Shown here piece by piece: positions 19,365 through 28,161 of a DNA stretch of 64,000 bases. Origin of the DNA: an uncultured Prevotellaceae bacterium (GTDB lineage Bacteria; Bacteroidota; Bacteroidia; Bacteroidales; UBA3663); contig ONNR01000001.1 in NCBI GenBank assembly GCA_900319235.1, positions 148,035 to 212,034 on the forward strand, read 5' to 3'. A program made the translations under genes and the position numbers. The notes under the pieces were generated by a model that saw only the letters and a list, made by a program, of their open reading frames with translations, was not told where the DNA came from and searched no databases. How positions within the stretch are numbered: position 1 is the stretch's first letter; each line of letters begins with the position of its first letter.

Positions 19365-19832
19365 TTAGCCCTCGGGATTCATGATCTCTGCCCAATCGTC
19401 GGCATCGAGTTCCTCAAGGTCCTCAAGGCTGAAGTCGAATTCATCGACGTACTGCGGCGTGGTGAAGTCGTCGATGTCGCGGCGATCCTTCTTCGTGGGT
19501 CGGCCCAGGCCCTTGGCACGGTCCCTGAAGCCCGAGATGCGGTTCATCTCCAGCAGGTCGAGCTGTTCCTTGCGGGTCACGTTCTCCATGAAGCCCGGCA
19601 CTAGTTTCGCACCCATGCGGTTTTCGGCCAAGGCCAGCACCTTGAACGAGTAAGTGATGGGCGGTTTCTTCACGTCGATCACTTCTCCCACCTTCACGTT
19701 GCGCGAAGGCTTAACCTTCTGGCCGCCTATGGTCACGCGGCCCATCTTGATGGCATCCGAGGCAATGGTGCGTGTCTTGAAGATACGCACGGCCCAGAGC
19801 CACTTGTCTATTCTAACTTCGTTACTTGCCAT
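19365..19832 (-). CDS. hslR: Ribosome-associated heat shock protein Hsp15 (S4 domain)
   Basis: [15 protein letters not shown] and GRPTKKDRR. Confidence 0.92.
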   Translation of the reverse strand: MASNEVRIDKWLWAVRIFKTRTIASDAIKMGRVTIGGQKVKPSRNVKVGEVIDVKKPPITYSFKVLALAENRMGAKLVPGFMENVTRKEQLDLLEMNRISGFRDRAKGLGRPTKKDRRDIDDFTTPQYVDEFDFSLEDLEELDADDWAEIMNPEG

Positions 19833-20385
19833 TGTAATGATTCATTGCATTGGCGGCACCTGCCAGACAGAACTCCTCGATGAACTTGGTGGTCGTCTCC
19901 AGGCGTTCGCCCATCTTCTCTTCCTCTTCGGGAGGGAAATGTCCGAGCACCCAATCCACCTGTGCGCCCTTCGGGAAGTCTCCTCCTACGCCGAAACGCA
20001 GACGGGCAAAGTTCGCCCCGCCGCACTTGGCGATGATGTCCTTCAGTCCGTTGTGCCCTCCGTCCGAACCCTTGGTGCGCATCCTCAATGTGCCGAAGGG
20101 CAGGGCGATGTCGTCGCAGACGATGAGCACGTGGTCCAGCGTGATCTCTTCCTGTTGCATCCAGTAGCGCACGGCATTGCCGCTCAGGTTCATGTAGGTG
20201 CTGGGCTTCAACACCAGCAGCACCTGGTTCTTCACCCTGAATTCGCAGGTCGCTCCGTAGCGGCTCTCCTTGAACTGGGCATCGTGCGCAGCAGCCAGGG
20301 CATTCACCACCCGGAACCCGATATTGTGGCGCGTGCCCCAATATTCTTCTCCGATGTTGCCCAAGCCGACGATAAGATATTTCAT
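19822..20385 (-). CDS. pth: Peptidyl-tRNA hydrolase
   Basis: [31 protein letters not shown]. Confidence 0.97.
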   Translation of the reverse strand: MKYLIVGLGNIGEEYWGTRHNIGFRVVNALAAAHDAQFKESRYGATCEFRVKNQVLLVLKPSTYMNLSGNAVRYWMQQEEITLDHVLIVCDDIALPFGTLRMRTKGSDGGHNGLKDIIAKCGGANFARLRFGVGGDFPKGAQVDWVLGHFPPEEEEKMGERLETTTKFIEEFCLAGAANAMNHYNGK

Positions 20386-20409
20386 TTGTTTGTATTAAAA
20401 AAAATTAGA

Positions 20410-20440
20410 GAGTAAAAAGGGAGCGACTCCCTTTTTACTC
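20410..20440. terminator. Perfect hairpin downstream of rplY
   Basis: gagtaaaaagggag-cga-ctccctttttactc. Confidence 0.7.
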
Positions 20441-20477
20441 CCCTCGTTAGCTCTTCAAAGCCCTTGCGGGGAAAAGC

Positions 20478-21035
20478 TTACTTGTTGCGAGAAGCACGTG
20501 TAGCCTTGACGCTGGCCACGATGACGCTCTTCGCATTGAGGAGCTCGAGATTCTCGAACTTCAGGTCACCAACGCACAAAGACTTGCCGAGTTCAAGCTC
20601 GGTAACATCAACGATCAGGCGATCGGGGATGTTCTTGTAGTTGCCCTTCACGGTCAGGGTGTTGACCTTCTTCACGAGCTTACCACCAGCCTTTACACCG
20701 GCTGCATGGCCCTCAACCTTCACGGGGATGGCTACTACGATGTCGTCGCCATCGTTGAACTTCTGGAAGTCCAGGTGATAGATCTCTTCGTTCACTGGGC
20801 CGAACTGAGCCTCCTTGAGGATGGCCTTCGATACGGTGCCGTCGATGTCGAGATTTACAGCATAGACAGTCGAAGTGTAGAGGAGCTTGCGAAGGTCCTC
20901 AACCTTGACGCTGAACGACTGTGCACCCTCCTTCGAGATGAGGTTGCAGGGGATAAGTCCCTGGGCGCGGAGCTGCTTGGCAGCCTTCTTGCCTGCTTCG
21001 GCACGTTTGGTGCCTGCGAGTGAATACTCTTTCAT
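20478..21035 (-). CDS. rplY: 50S ribosomal protein L25/Ctc
   Basis: GKKAAKQLRAQGLIP, HLDF, GVKAGG, beta-domain; adjacent to pth. Confidence 0.93.
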   Translation of the reverse strand: MKEYSLAGTKRAEAGKKAAKQLRAQGLIPCNLISKEGAQSFSVKVEDLRKLLYTSTVYAVNLDIDGTVSKAILKEAQFGPVNEEIYHLDFQKFNDGDDIVVAIPVKVEGHAAGVKAGGKLVKKVNTLTVKGNYKNIPDRLIVDVTELELGKSLCVGDLKFENLELLNAKSVIVASVKATRASRNK

Positions 21036-21179
21036 TGTTTTTGTTTAAAATTTTAATTGTGTTACTCTTTTTGCCCTTGAAGCAAAATACCATCACACGA
21101 ATCACGACGGGCGCTTTATATTAGAGTCTTGGCTCCCGGACATCCCGCCTGATGCTGATGTTTAAACTCAAAAGCGGCG

Positions 21180-21187
21180 CAAAGATA
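21180..21187 (-). promoter_or_regulatory. -7 promoter element for rplY
   Basis: TATCTTTG on the minus strand. Confidence 0.7.
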
Positions 21188-21303
21188 GCCTTTTTCCACT
21201 TTTCATCCAAATTTTTCTGTCCCTTTTTCGGCAAAAACACATAATTTTGACCAAAATTTCAAAAAAATAGCATCTAAAATGAACAAGTTAACGATAAATC
21301 TAT

Positions 21304-21311
21304 TATCTTTG
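21304..21311 (+). promoter_or_regulatory. -7 promoter element for the ilvE operon
   Basis: TATCTTTG followed by CA. Confidence 0.7.
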
Positions 21312-21363
21312 CACCGCTATTATATATATAAAAAAAGGTATTGTATTAAAAAGTTTATTTAAA

Positions 21364-22389
21364 ATGGCAGAACAAATCGATTGGAGCAGTCTGGGCTTCG
21401 GTTACCGCAAGGCTCCTTACAATGTACGTTGCACCTTTAAGGATGGTGCGTGGGGTGAACTCCGTGTTTGCGAGAGTGAAGAAGTGACGATGCATATGGC
21501 CGCCACTGTGCTGCACTATGGTCAGGCAGGCTTCGAAGGCCTCAAGGCTTTCCGTGGCAAGGATGGCAGGATTCGTATTTTCCGCATGAACGAGAATGCC
21601 AAGCGTCTGCAGACTACTTGTCACACCATTCTGATGCAACCTCTTCCCGATGGACTCTTCGAGGAGGCAGTTCTGAAGGTTGTGAAGCTCAATAGCCATC
21701 TCGTTCCCCCTTACGAGACCGGATGCTCCATGTACATACGTCCAGTGCTTTTCGGTACAGGTCCCCAGGTTGGTGTCTCTCCAGCCGACGAATATGAGTT
21801 CATTATCTTTGTGATGCCTGTAGGTCCTTACTTCAAGGATGGCTTCAAGGCTACACCTTGCTGCATTATGCGCGGCTTCGACCGTGCAGCACCGCTCGGT
21901 ACGGGTCGTGTCAAGGTGGGCGGCAACTATGCAGCCAGCCTCGTTTCGGGCGAAATGGCCCACGAGAAGGGTTATAGCGCCGTCATCTATCTCGACGCTC
22001 GTAGCAAGAAGTTCATCGACGAGTGCGGTCCTGCCAACTTCTTCGGCATCGATGGCAACACCTACATCACTCCCGACTCGGAGTCCATCCTGCCGTCCAT
22101 CACCAATATGTCCATCCAGCAGGTGGCACGCGACCTGGGTCTGAAGGTCGAGATCCGTCCTATGCCTGTTGAGGAACTCGCCTATCTCGACGAGGCTGCC
22201 ATGTGCGGCACCGCTGCCGTCATCGCGCCTATCTATCGCATCGACGACCTCGACGAGGACAAGACCTACAACATCCTCCCCAGCACCGTGCCCGGTCCCG
22301 TCTGCACCAGGCTCTACAACACCTTGCGTGGCATTCAGTATGGTGACCTCGAGGATACTCACGGATGGGTTACTATCGTAGAGGAATAA
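21364..22389 (+). CDS. ilvE: Branched-chain amino acid aminotransferase
   Basis: LHYGQAGFEGLKA, YIRP, KVGGNYA, LPSIT, CGTAAVI. Confidence 0.96.
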   Translation: MAEQIDWSSLGFGYRKAPYNVRCTFKDGAWGELRVCESEEVTMHMAATVLHYGQAGFEGLKAFRGKDGRIRIFRMNENAKRLQTTCHTILMQPLPDGLFEEAVLKVVKLNSHLVPPYETGCSMYIRPVLFGTGPQVGVSPADEYEFIIFVMPVGPYFKDGFKATPCCIMRGFDRAAPLGTGRVKVGGNYAASLVSGEMAHEKGYSAVIYLDARSKKFIDECGPANFFGIDGNTYITPDSESILPSITNMSIQQVARDLGLKVEIRPMPVEELAYLDEAAMCGTAAVIAPIYRIDDLDEDKTYNILPSTVPGPVCTRLYNTLRGIQYGDLEDTHGWVTIVEE

Positions 22390-22908
22390 ATGTTTGACTT
22401 CGACCTTACCAGAATCAAAGCGTTGGTTTTCGACGTCGATGGCGTGTTGTCCACCAGTACAATCGCCATGGACGATGAAGGCCAACCTTTGCGCACTTTG
22501 AATGTCAAGGATGGATACGCCATCCAGCTTGCCGTCAAGCGCGGTTTGGTCGTCGCCATCATCTCCGGTGGTCATAGCCCCAACATCCGTATGCGCTACG
22601 AATATCTGGGTGTCAGGCACATCTTCATGAGTTCGAGCTACAAGATACGCGACCTTGAGACTTTGACTAGCCAGACGGGCATTCCCCTCGACCAGATGCT
22701 TTACATGGGCGACGACATCCCCGACTACGAGGTCATGCAGCTCGTGGGCTGCCCCGTCTGTCCCGCCGATGCTGCGCCCGAGATAAAGGCCATCTCGCGC
22801 TATGTCAGCCCCTTCGTGGGAGGACAGGGCGCCGCACGCGACGTCATCGAGCAGGTGCTCAAGGCGCAGGGACAATGGATGTCTGATAAAATCGCTTTCG
22901 GATGGTAG
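22390..22908 (+). CDS. kdsC: KDO-8-phosphate phosphatase-like HAD IIIA hydrolase
   Basis: DVDGVL, KDGYA, MGDDIPD, GGQGAARDVIE. Confidence 0.85.
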   Translation: MFDFDLTRIKALVFDVDGVLSTSTIAMDDEGQPLRTLNVKDGYAIQLAVKRGLVVAIISGGHSPNIRMRYEYLGVRHIFMSSSYKIRDLETLTSQTGIPLDQMLYMGDDIPDYEVMQLVGCPVCPADAAPEIKAISRYVSPFVGGQGAARDVIEQVLKAQGQWMSDKIAFGW

Positions 22909-23474
22909 AAAAACTTCTTTTAGCCAGCAACAGCCCCCGTCGTCGCCAGCTCCTTGCTGGCCTCGACATCCCTATGGAGGTGGTGCGTCTCAAGGATATC
23001 GACGAGACACATCCCGCCTCGCTCAGTGGGGGCGACATCCCGCTTCACATCGCGCGTCTCAAGATGCATGCCTACGATATGGAGCTTCGTCCCGGTGAGG
23101 TGCTCATCACGGCCGACACCATCGTCTGGGTCGAAGGGCAGGAGCTGGGCAAGCCTGTTGATGCCGACGATGCCCGCCGCATGCTCCATCTGCTCAGCGA
23201 CCGCACCCATCAGGTCTATACCGCCGTGTGTCTGCGCAGTGCCATCGATCATCGCGAGTTCGTCTGCTGCACCGATGTCACCTTCGCTCCGCTTTCCGAC
23301 CAGCAGATCGACTATTACATCTCCACCTATCGTCCCTTCGACAAGGCGGGTGCCTATGGCATCCAGGAGTGGATAGGCTATGTGGGATGCACGCGCCTCG
23401 AAGGCTCCTATTTCAATGTTATGGGTTTGCCCGTACAGAAACTATATCAACATTTACAGTTACTCAAAGTATGA
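22902..23474 (+). CDS. maf: Maf-family nucleotide pyrophosphatase
   Basis: LASNSPRR, ADTIV, LGKP, DKAGAYGIQ, NVMGLP. Confidence 0.94.
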   Translation: MVEKLLLASNSPRRRQLLAGLDIPMEVVRLKDIDETHPASLSGGDIPLHIARLKMHAYDMELRPGEVLITADTIVWVEGQELGKPVDADDARRMLHLLSDRTHQVYTAVCLRSAIDHREFVCCTDVTFAPLSDQQIDYYISTYRPFDKAGAYGIQEWIGYVGCTRLEGSYFNVMGLPVQKLYQHLQLLKV

Positions 23475-24244
23475 AAATCAACCGCTACCCGCTCTTTGCC
23501 TTGGTAATCAGTCTCCTTGCCCTGTGTGCTTGTAAGCACGAAAAGCCTTACACCATCACGGGCACACTCGATTTGCCGGCACAGATCCCCTATGGCGACA
23601 CCATCATCGACGTTCCTTCGTTCAACGACACATGGGTCTATCTGCTCGACTTCGACAATCAGTTGCTCGACTCGGCGCTCATCGCCGACAATGCCTTCCA
23701 CTTCGAGGGCACGGTCGACAAACGTCAGCCCTACTATGTACAGTTCGTCAGCCAGCTCGGCAGCACCCTGCTCGTCATCGAACCCGGTGACATCGAAGTC
23801 TATATCAATCCCGACATCACCGTCTCCGGCACTCCCTCCAACGAGGCGATGGCCGATCTCGATGCTGCCCTCGAGGATCTGAATGCCGAGACCTACGACT
23901 ATCTTGCCCAGCTCACCGACAGCATGCGTGGCGAAGGCAGTGAGGAGGTGCCCGAGGATCTGCAGATGCAGATTGCCGAGCAGTTCCGCACGCAGATGAA
24001 TCACATCCTCGATTCCACCTATGAGGCCAATCGTGGCAACATGGCTGCCGCCTATGCTGCCATTATGCGCAACATCGACGTCCAGTCGGCCGATGAGTTC
24101 GAGGAGGCTATGTCCAAGTATCCCAAGTCGATTCGTGAAAACGAGCTCGTCCAGATCAACCTCCGCTCCCTGCGTCAGTACGAGCAGACGATGGAGGACG
24201 ATTCCCTCGTCTTCGACCCCTCTCTCTTGGGAGTAGAGGAGTAG
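23471..24244 (+). CDS. DUF4369-like lipoprotein without thioredoxin domain
   Basis: Lipobox LCAC, YTITG, DSA-I-x-x-x-x-FHFEG, EPG-x-I, SGTPSNE. ATG overlaps the maf stop. Confidence 0.75.
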   Translation: MKINRYPLFALVISLLALCACKHEKPYTITGTLDLPAQIPYGDTIIDVPSFNDTWVYLLDFDNQLLDSALIADNAFHFEGTVDKRQPYYVQFVSQLGSTLLVIEPGDIEVYINPDITVSGTPSNEAMADLDAALEDLNAETYDYLAQLTDSMRGEGSEEVPEDLQMQIAEQFRTQMNHILDSTYEANRGNMAAAYAAIMRNIDVQSADEFEEAMSKYPKSIRENELVQINLRSLRQYEQTMEDDSLVFDPSLLGVEE

Positions 24245-24304
24245 CCCCCTCTTCCCCTTTGTTTTAGTCGCAGCCGTCCATGGCTGCCAAAACACTCTTC
24301 CCCC

Positions 24305-24895
24305 TTGAACCCCTCAGAACCCAAATTCATCCTCGGCATCGACCCCGGAACGAACGTGATGGGATATGCGGTCCTGCAGGTCGAGGACCGCAAGCCCTCG
24401 CTTGTCGTCATGGGTGTGCTCACGTTGTCGAAAATCGAGAACCACTATGTGCGTCTGCGTCGCATCCACGAACGTGCCCTGCAGCTCATCAACGAGTATC
24501 ACCCCGACGAACTTGCCATCGAGTCGCCCTTCGTGGGCATCAATCCCAACTCGCTCATCAAGCTATGTCGTGCCCAGGGCGTGGTGATGTCAGCCGCTGT
24601 CGAACGCGACATCCCCATCTTCGAGTACCCGCCTGCCAAGGTCAAGATCTCCATTGTCGGCAATGGCAACGCCGCTAAGGAGCAGGTAGCCGAGATGGTC
24701 AAGCGCCAGTTGCATCTCACCGACGACATGTTCGAGGGTCAGAAGCTCGATGCTACCGATGCCCTTGCCATCGCCCTGGCGCATCATTATGCCACTTCCC
24801 GTCCCTTGGCGGGTGGCGCCAAGGGAGGCGCCAAGTCGTGGAAGGAGTTTGTCGCCCACAATGCCGATCGTGTCAACGACCCCTACAAAAAATAA
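24305..24895 (+). CDS. ruvC: Holliday junction resolvase
   Basis: ILGIDPG, AIESPF, GNGNAAKEQV, DATDALAIA; TTG start. Confidence 0.95.
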   Translation: MNPSEPKFILGIDPGTNVMGYAVLQVEDRKPSLVVMGVLTLSKIENHYVRLRRIHERALQLINEYHPDELAIESPFVGINPNSLIKLCRAQGVVMSAAVERDIPIFEYPPAKVKISIVGNGNAAKEQVAEMVKRQLHLTDDMFEGQKLDATDALAIALAHHYATSRPLAGGAKGGAKSWKEFVAHNADRVNDPYKK

Positions 24896-24902
24896 CCTTC
24901 GA

Positions 24903-26012
24903 ATGTCCAAGCCAATCACCTTCGATCGTCTGATACGCATCATCACGCTCGCAATAGTCTTTATTGCAGCCCTCGCGCTGATCAACTATCTGAGCAGCGT
25001 CCTGCTGCCGTTCTTCATCGCGTTCGGCATCGCCTATCTGCTCTATCCGATTGTGATCTTCTTTCAGCAGAAGGCGCGTCTCAGGAATCGTGTCCTCAGC
25101 ATCGTCGTGGTGCTGCTGCTCGTCATAGGCATCGTGACAGTCTTCTTCATGCTCATCGTCCCCTCGTTCATCGACCAGACGATACGCCTGGAGAGTCTCA
25201 TCTCCTCCTATCTGACCAAGGCTGGACAGAACAAGAGCGTTCCCGCCTTGCTCGAGGAGTTTGTCCTGCCTTACATCTCCGACTACGATTGGCTCAACCA
25301 GTTGGAGAATGGCAACCTCATCGAGATCATCAAGAAGGTCATCCCCGGTGTGGGTGGCGTCCTTTCGCAGGCCTTCCATATCGTGGGCGGACTGGTCACC
25401 TTCTGCGTCACGTTGCTCTACCTGTTCTTCATCCTGCTCGACTATGAGCAGATTACCGATGGATGGTCGCGCCTCTGGCCCAAGCACAGTCGTGGTCAGA
25501 TGATGAACGTCTCCGACCGCGTCCGCACCAATATGGGCAACTATTTCCGTGGTCAGTCGCTTGTCGCCCTCTGTGTCGGCATACTCTTCGCCATCGGATT
25601 CAGCATCATCGACTTCCCGATGGCCATCGGCCTCGGTCTCTTCATTGGTTTGCTCAACCTCATTCCTTACCTTCAGATGGTCGGCATCATTCCCACCATC
25701 ATGCTTGCCCTCCTGAAGGCCTACGACACCGGTGGCAGTTTCTGGCTCATCCTGCTTTCCGCACTCGCCGTCTTCGCCGTGGTGCAGACCATCCAGGATA
25801 TGATCCTCACGCCCCGCATCATGGGCAAAGCCATGGGCCTCAATCCCGCCATGATGCTCCTTTCGCTCTCCGTCTGGGGAGCCCTCCTCGGCTTCATCGG
25901 TCTCATCATCGCTCTTCCCCTCACCACCCTCATCATTGCCTATGTCAACGAGTGGATTGATGAGCGCGATGCCCGCTTCACCGACGAAGACGACGACTCC
26001 TCTGAGTTCTAA
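24903..26012 (+). CDS. AI-2E family transporter
   Basis: LLPFFIA..IAYLLYP, YFRGQ, PRIMGKAMGLNP, GLIIALPL. Confidence 0.92.
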   Translation: MSKPITFDRLIRIITLAIVFIAALALINYLSSVLLPFFIAFGIAYLLYPIVIFFQQKARLRNRVLSIVVVLLLVIGIVTVFFMLIVPSFIDQTIRLESLISSYLTKAGQNKSVPALLEEFVLPYISDYDWLNQLENGNLIEIIKKVIPGVGGVLSQAFHIVGGLVTFCVTLLYLFFILLDYEQITDGWSRLWPKHSRGQMMNVSDRVRTNMGNYFRGQSLVALCVGILFAIGFSIIDFPMAIGLGLFIGLLNLIPYLQMVGIIPTIMLALLKAYDTGGSFWLILLSALAVFAVVQTIQDMILTPRIMGKAMGLNPAMMLLSLSVWGALLGFIGLIIALPLTTLIIAYVNEWIDERDARFTDEDDDSSEF

Positions 26013-26120
26013 AAGAGAAAAAGTCCTCCTCAATATCTTGAGTCCGGATGGCTTTTCTGCCGTAGGCTTTTTTCTAATATATTGAATTTTATCCCGTGTT
26101 CTAACTTAAATATTAACATT

Positions 26121-26990
26121 ATGAAAAATTACAGCAAAACATTCCTGTTCCTGTGCCTCGGCGCAGGTATGATGCTTACCTCTTGTCAGGGCGACCAGAA
26201 AGACAACACCAAGAAAGCAATCGACGTGATCAACGACGTAGTCGAAGCAGTCAAGGCTCCCGAGAAGAACGAAGCCTTCTACGAGAAGATGCTCGACATC
26301 TTCTGCCGTAAGTATTACAGCGAGATTTTCGCCGATGCAGCCGGAACCCGCAATTACAAGCCCGGTTCGCTCAAGGTCGACAGCATCGCCAAGCAAGATG
26401 ATGCCGTCCTCGTCTATGGCACACACGACTTCGAAGGCCGTTTCGGCAACGATCACGCAGGCCGTGCCTTCTTCGCCAGCGTAATGGAGAACAAGGACAA
26501 GCCCAACGAGTACGTAATCTCCTTCGCCAAGGAGTTGAAGGGTCTCACCTCACTCATCGGCAAGGGAGCCTCCGAGGCTGGCACCAAGACCTTCTATTAC
26601 GATCCTTCCACGTCCGTAATCGACGTTGTCACCGACATCGTGAATCTGAAGGATGCTCCCTATTACGAGCGTATGTTGGACAAGTTCTGCAAGGAGAACT
26701 ACGACGAGATGTTCAAGGACCTCGTCGGAAAGCGTAAGTATGTGGCTGGTTCGCTCAAGGTCGACAGTGTTGTCAAGATCTCCAATCGTGAAGTCAAGGT
26801 CTATGGCAAGCACGATTTCGAGGGCCGCACAGGCAAGGATCACAGCGACCGCGCATTCGAGGCCAACATCTATGAGACCAAGGACAAACCCAACGAGTAC
26901 AACGTTTCCTTCAAGAAGGAGGGCAAGCGCCTCGTCACTGGCAAGCCTTATTCCGAGACTCGCTCCAAGATCTTCATCTACGAAGAATAA
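26121..26990 (+). CDS. Lipoprotein with two tandem ~110-aa homologous domains
   Basis: Lipobox LTSC. YExMLDxFC...GSLKVDS...VYGxHDFEGR...KDKPNEY occurs twice. Confidence 0.8.
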   Translation: MKNYSKTFLFLCLGAGMMLTSCQGDQKDNTKKAIDVINDVVEAVKAPEKNEAFYEKMLDIFCRKYYSEIFADAAGTRNYKPGSLKVDSIAKQDDAVLVYGTHDFEGRFGNDHAGRAFFASVMENKDKPNEYVISFAKELKGLTSLIGKGASEAGTKTFYYDPSTSVIDVVTDIVNLKDAPYYERMLDKFCKENYDEMFKDLVGKRKYVAGSLKVDSVVKISNREVKVYGKHDFEGRTGKDHSDRAFEANIYETKDKPNEYNVSFKKEGKRLVTGKPYSETRSKIFIYEE

Positions 26991-27007
26991 CATCCTTCTC
27001 TTTCTTC

Positions 27008-27158
27008 ATCACGAATTATAGATTTATCGAATTGTATTAGACCCACATTTACGCGCTAATTATTTCTGTGCTATCAGTGAGTTCAGTGTGCCCTAATACT
27101 TCTCTAATTCGCTAATTCTTGATAAAAACAATTCGTGAGATTCGTGAGATTCGTGTTC
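27008..27158. repeat. CACGAATT/AATTCGTG inverted and tandem repeat cluster
   Basis: atcacgaatt... paired with ...aattcgctaattcttgat, then (attcgtgag) about x3. Related IR at 54230-54309. Confidence 0.6.
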
Positions 27159-27177
27159 CACATCAACATTTATCAAT

Positions 27178-27432
27178 ATGAACTGGATTTATGTAATCGT
27201 TCTCGGTATCGTCGCTGGCTACATCGCCAGCCGTATCAAGGGCAATGGCGGCAATGGCTGCATCCTTGACCTCATCCTCGGTGTCGTAGGTTCTGCAGTA
27301 GGCGGCTGGATTTTCCAACTCCTCGGCATCAGCACCGCAGGCTACGGCTGTCTCGGTCAGCTCCTCGTTGCTGTCATCGGCGCCATAGTAGTCCTCTGGC
27401 TCTTCTCCACCTTCTTCGGAAAGAAGAAGTGA
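27178..27432 (+). CDS. GlsB/YeaQ/YmgE family stress-response membrane protein
   Basis: 84 aa, three Gly-rich TMs, LGVVGSAVGGWIF, AVIGAIVVL. Confidence 0.9.
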   Translation: MNWIYVIVLGIVAGYIASRIKGNGGNGCILDLILGVVGSAVGGWIFQLLGISTAGYGCLGQLLVAVIGAIVVLWLFSTFFGKKK

Positions 27433-27450
27433 TAAAGTCCCCCATACTCT

Positions 27451-27489
27451 ATGCAGGCTGGTCCATTCGGATTGGCCTGCATTTCTTTG
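27451..27489 (+). terminator. Intrinsic terminator after the GlsB-family gene
   Basis: atgcaggctggtcc-attc-ggattggcctgcat followed by ttctttg. Confidence 0.7.
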
Positions 27490-27490
27490 T

Positions 27491-28036
27491 ATGTCCCCTA
27501 ACGAACGAAAGCGTACATCATTCTGTAGAACTATATCCTCCTACGAACGTTGGTGGACATTCTACCATCGTCGTATGTCCTCCTACGAACGTTGGCGGAC
27601 ATTCTTCCATCGTCGCATGTCCTCCTACGAACGTTGGCGGACATTCTTCCATCGTCGCATGTCCTCCTACGAACGTTGGCGGACATTCTTCCATCGTTGC
27701 ATGTCCTCCGACGAACGTTGGCGGACATTCTATTATCGTTTCATGTCCTCCGACGAACGTTGGCAGACATTCTATTATCGTTTCATGTCCTCCTACGAAC
27801 GTTGACGGACATTCTTCCATCGTCGCATGTCCTCCTACGAACGTTGACGGACATTCTTTCATCGTCGTATGTCCTCCTACGAACGTTGGCGGACATTTTT
27901 CCATCGTTGCATGTCCTTCTACGAACGTTGGCGGACATTCTTCCATCGTCGCATGTCTTTCAGTGATCAATGGAGGACATACAACAATCGTGGCATATCC
28001 CCTTAGGATTCTTGGAGGAAATGCCACGATTTGATA
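27491..28036. repeat. Tandem array of 13 x 42-bp units, each a 28-bp imperfect palindrome plus a 14-bp linker
   Basis: Consensus ATGTCCTCCTACGAACGTTGGCGGACAT-TCTTCCATCGTCGC. 10 conserved units (27533-27952) and 3 degenerate flanking units, all in register. Confidence 0.95.
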
Positions 28037-28161
28037 TAGGTTTTTAAGCTTTAGTACAGTTTTTTTCTTTTATAGGAAAGACAGTAACACTATAACATAT
28101 CTTCTATCTGCTATATTATAAAGTACTTTGATTCACAATATAATGATTGGAACGAAAATTT

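Noticed and set aside
27533..27560. parS identity of the repeat dyad
   Set aside because: Does not match the 16-bp TGTTNCACGTGAAACA consensus.
27429..28034. ORFs across the 42-bp array (CPPTNVGGH / CPPTFVGGH repeats)
   Set aside because: Several frames on both strands are open because the unit is a stop-poor multiple of 3 and palindromic. The plus ORF crosses a terminator, and nothing favours one frame.
27491..28036. CRISPR array interpretation of the 28-bp palindrome plus linker
   Set aside because: Linkers are only 14 bp and are near-copies of each other rather than unique spacers; no cas genes in the window.
28085..28130. dif site in the AT-rich tract
   Set aside because: No XerD arm resembling TTATGTTAAAT, and the skew polarity suggests an origin rather than a terminus.
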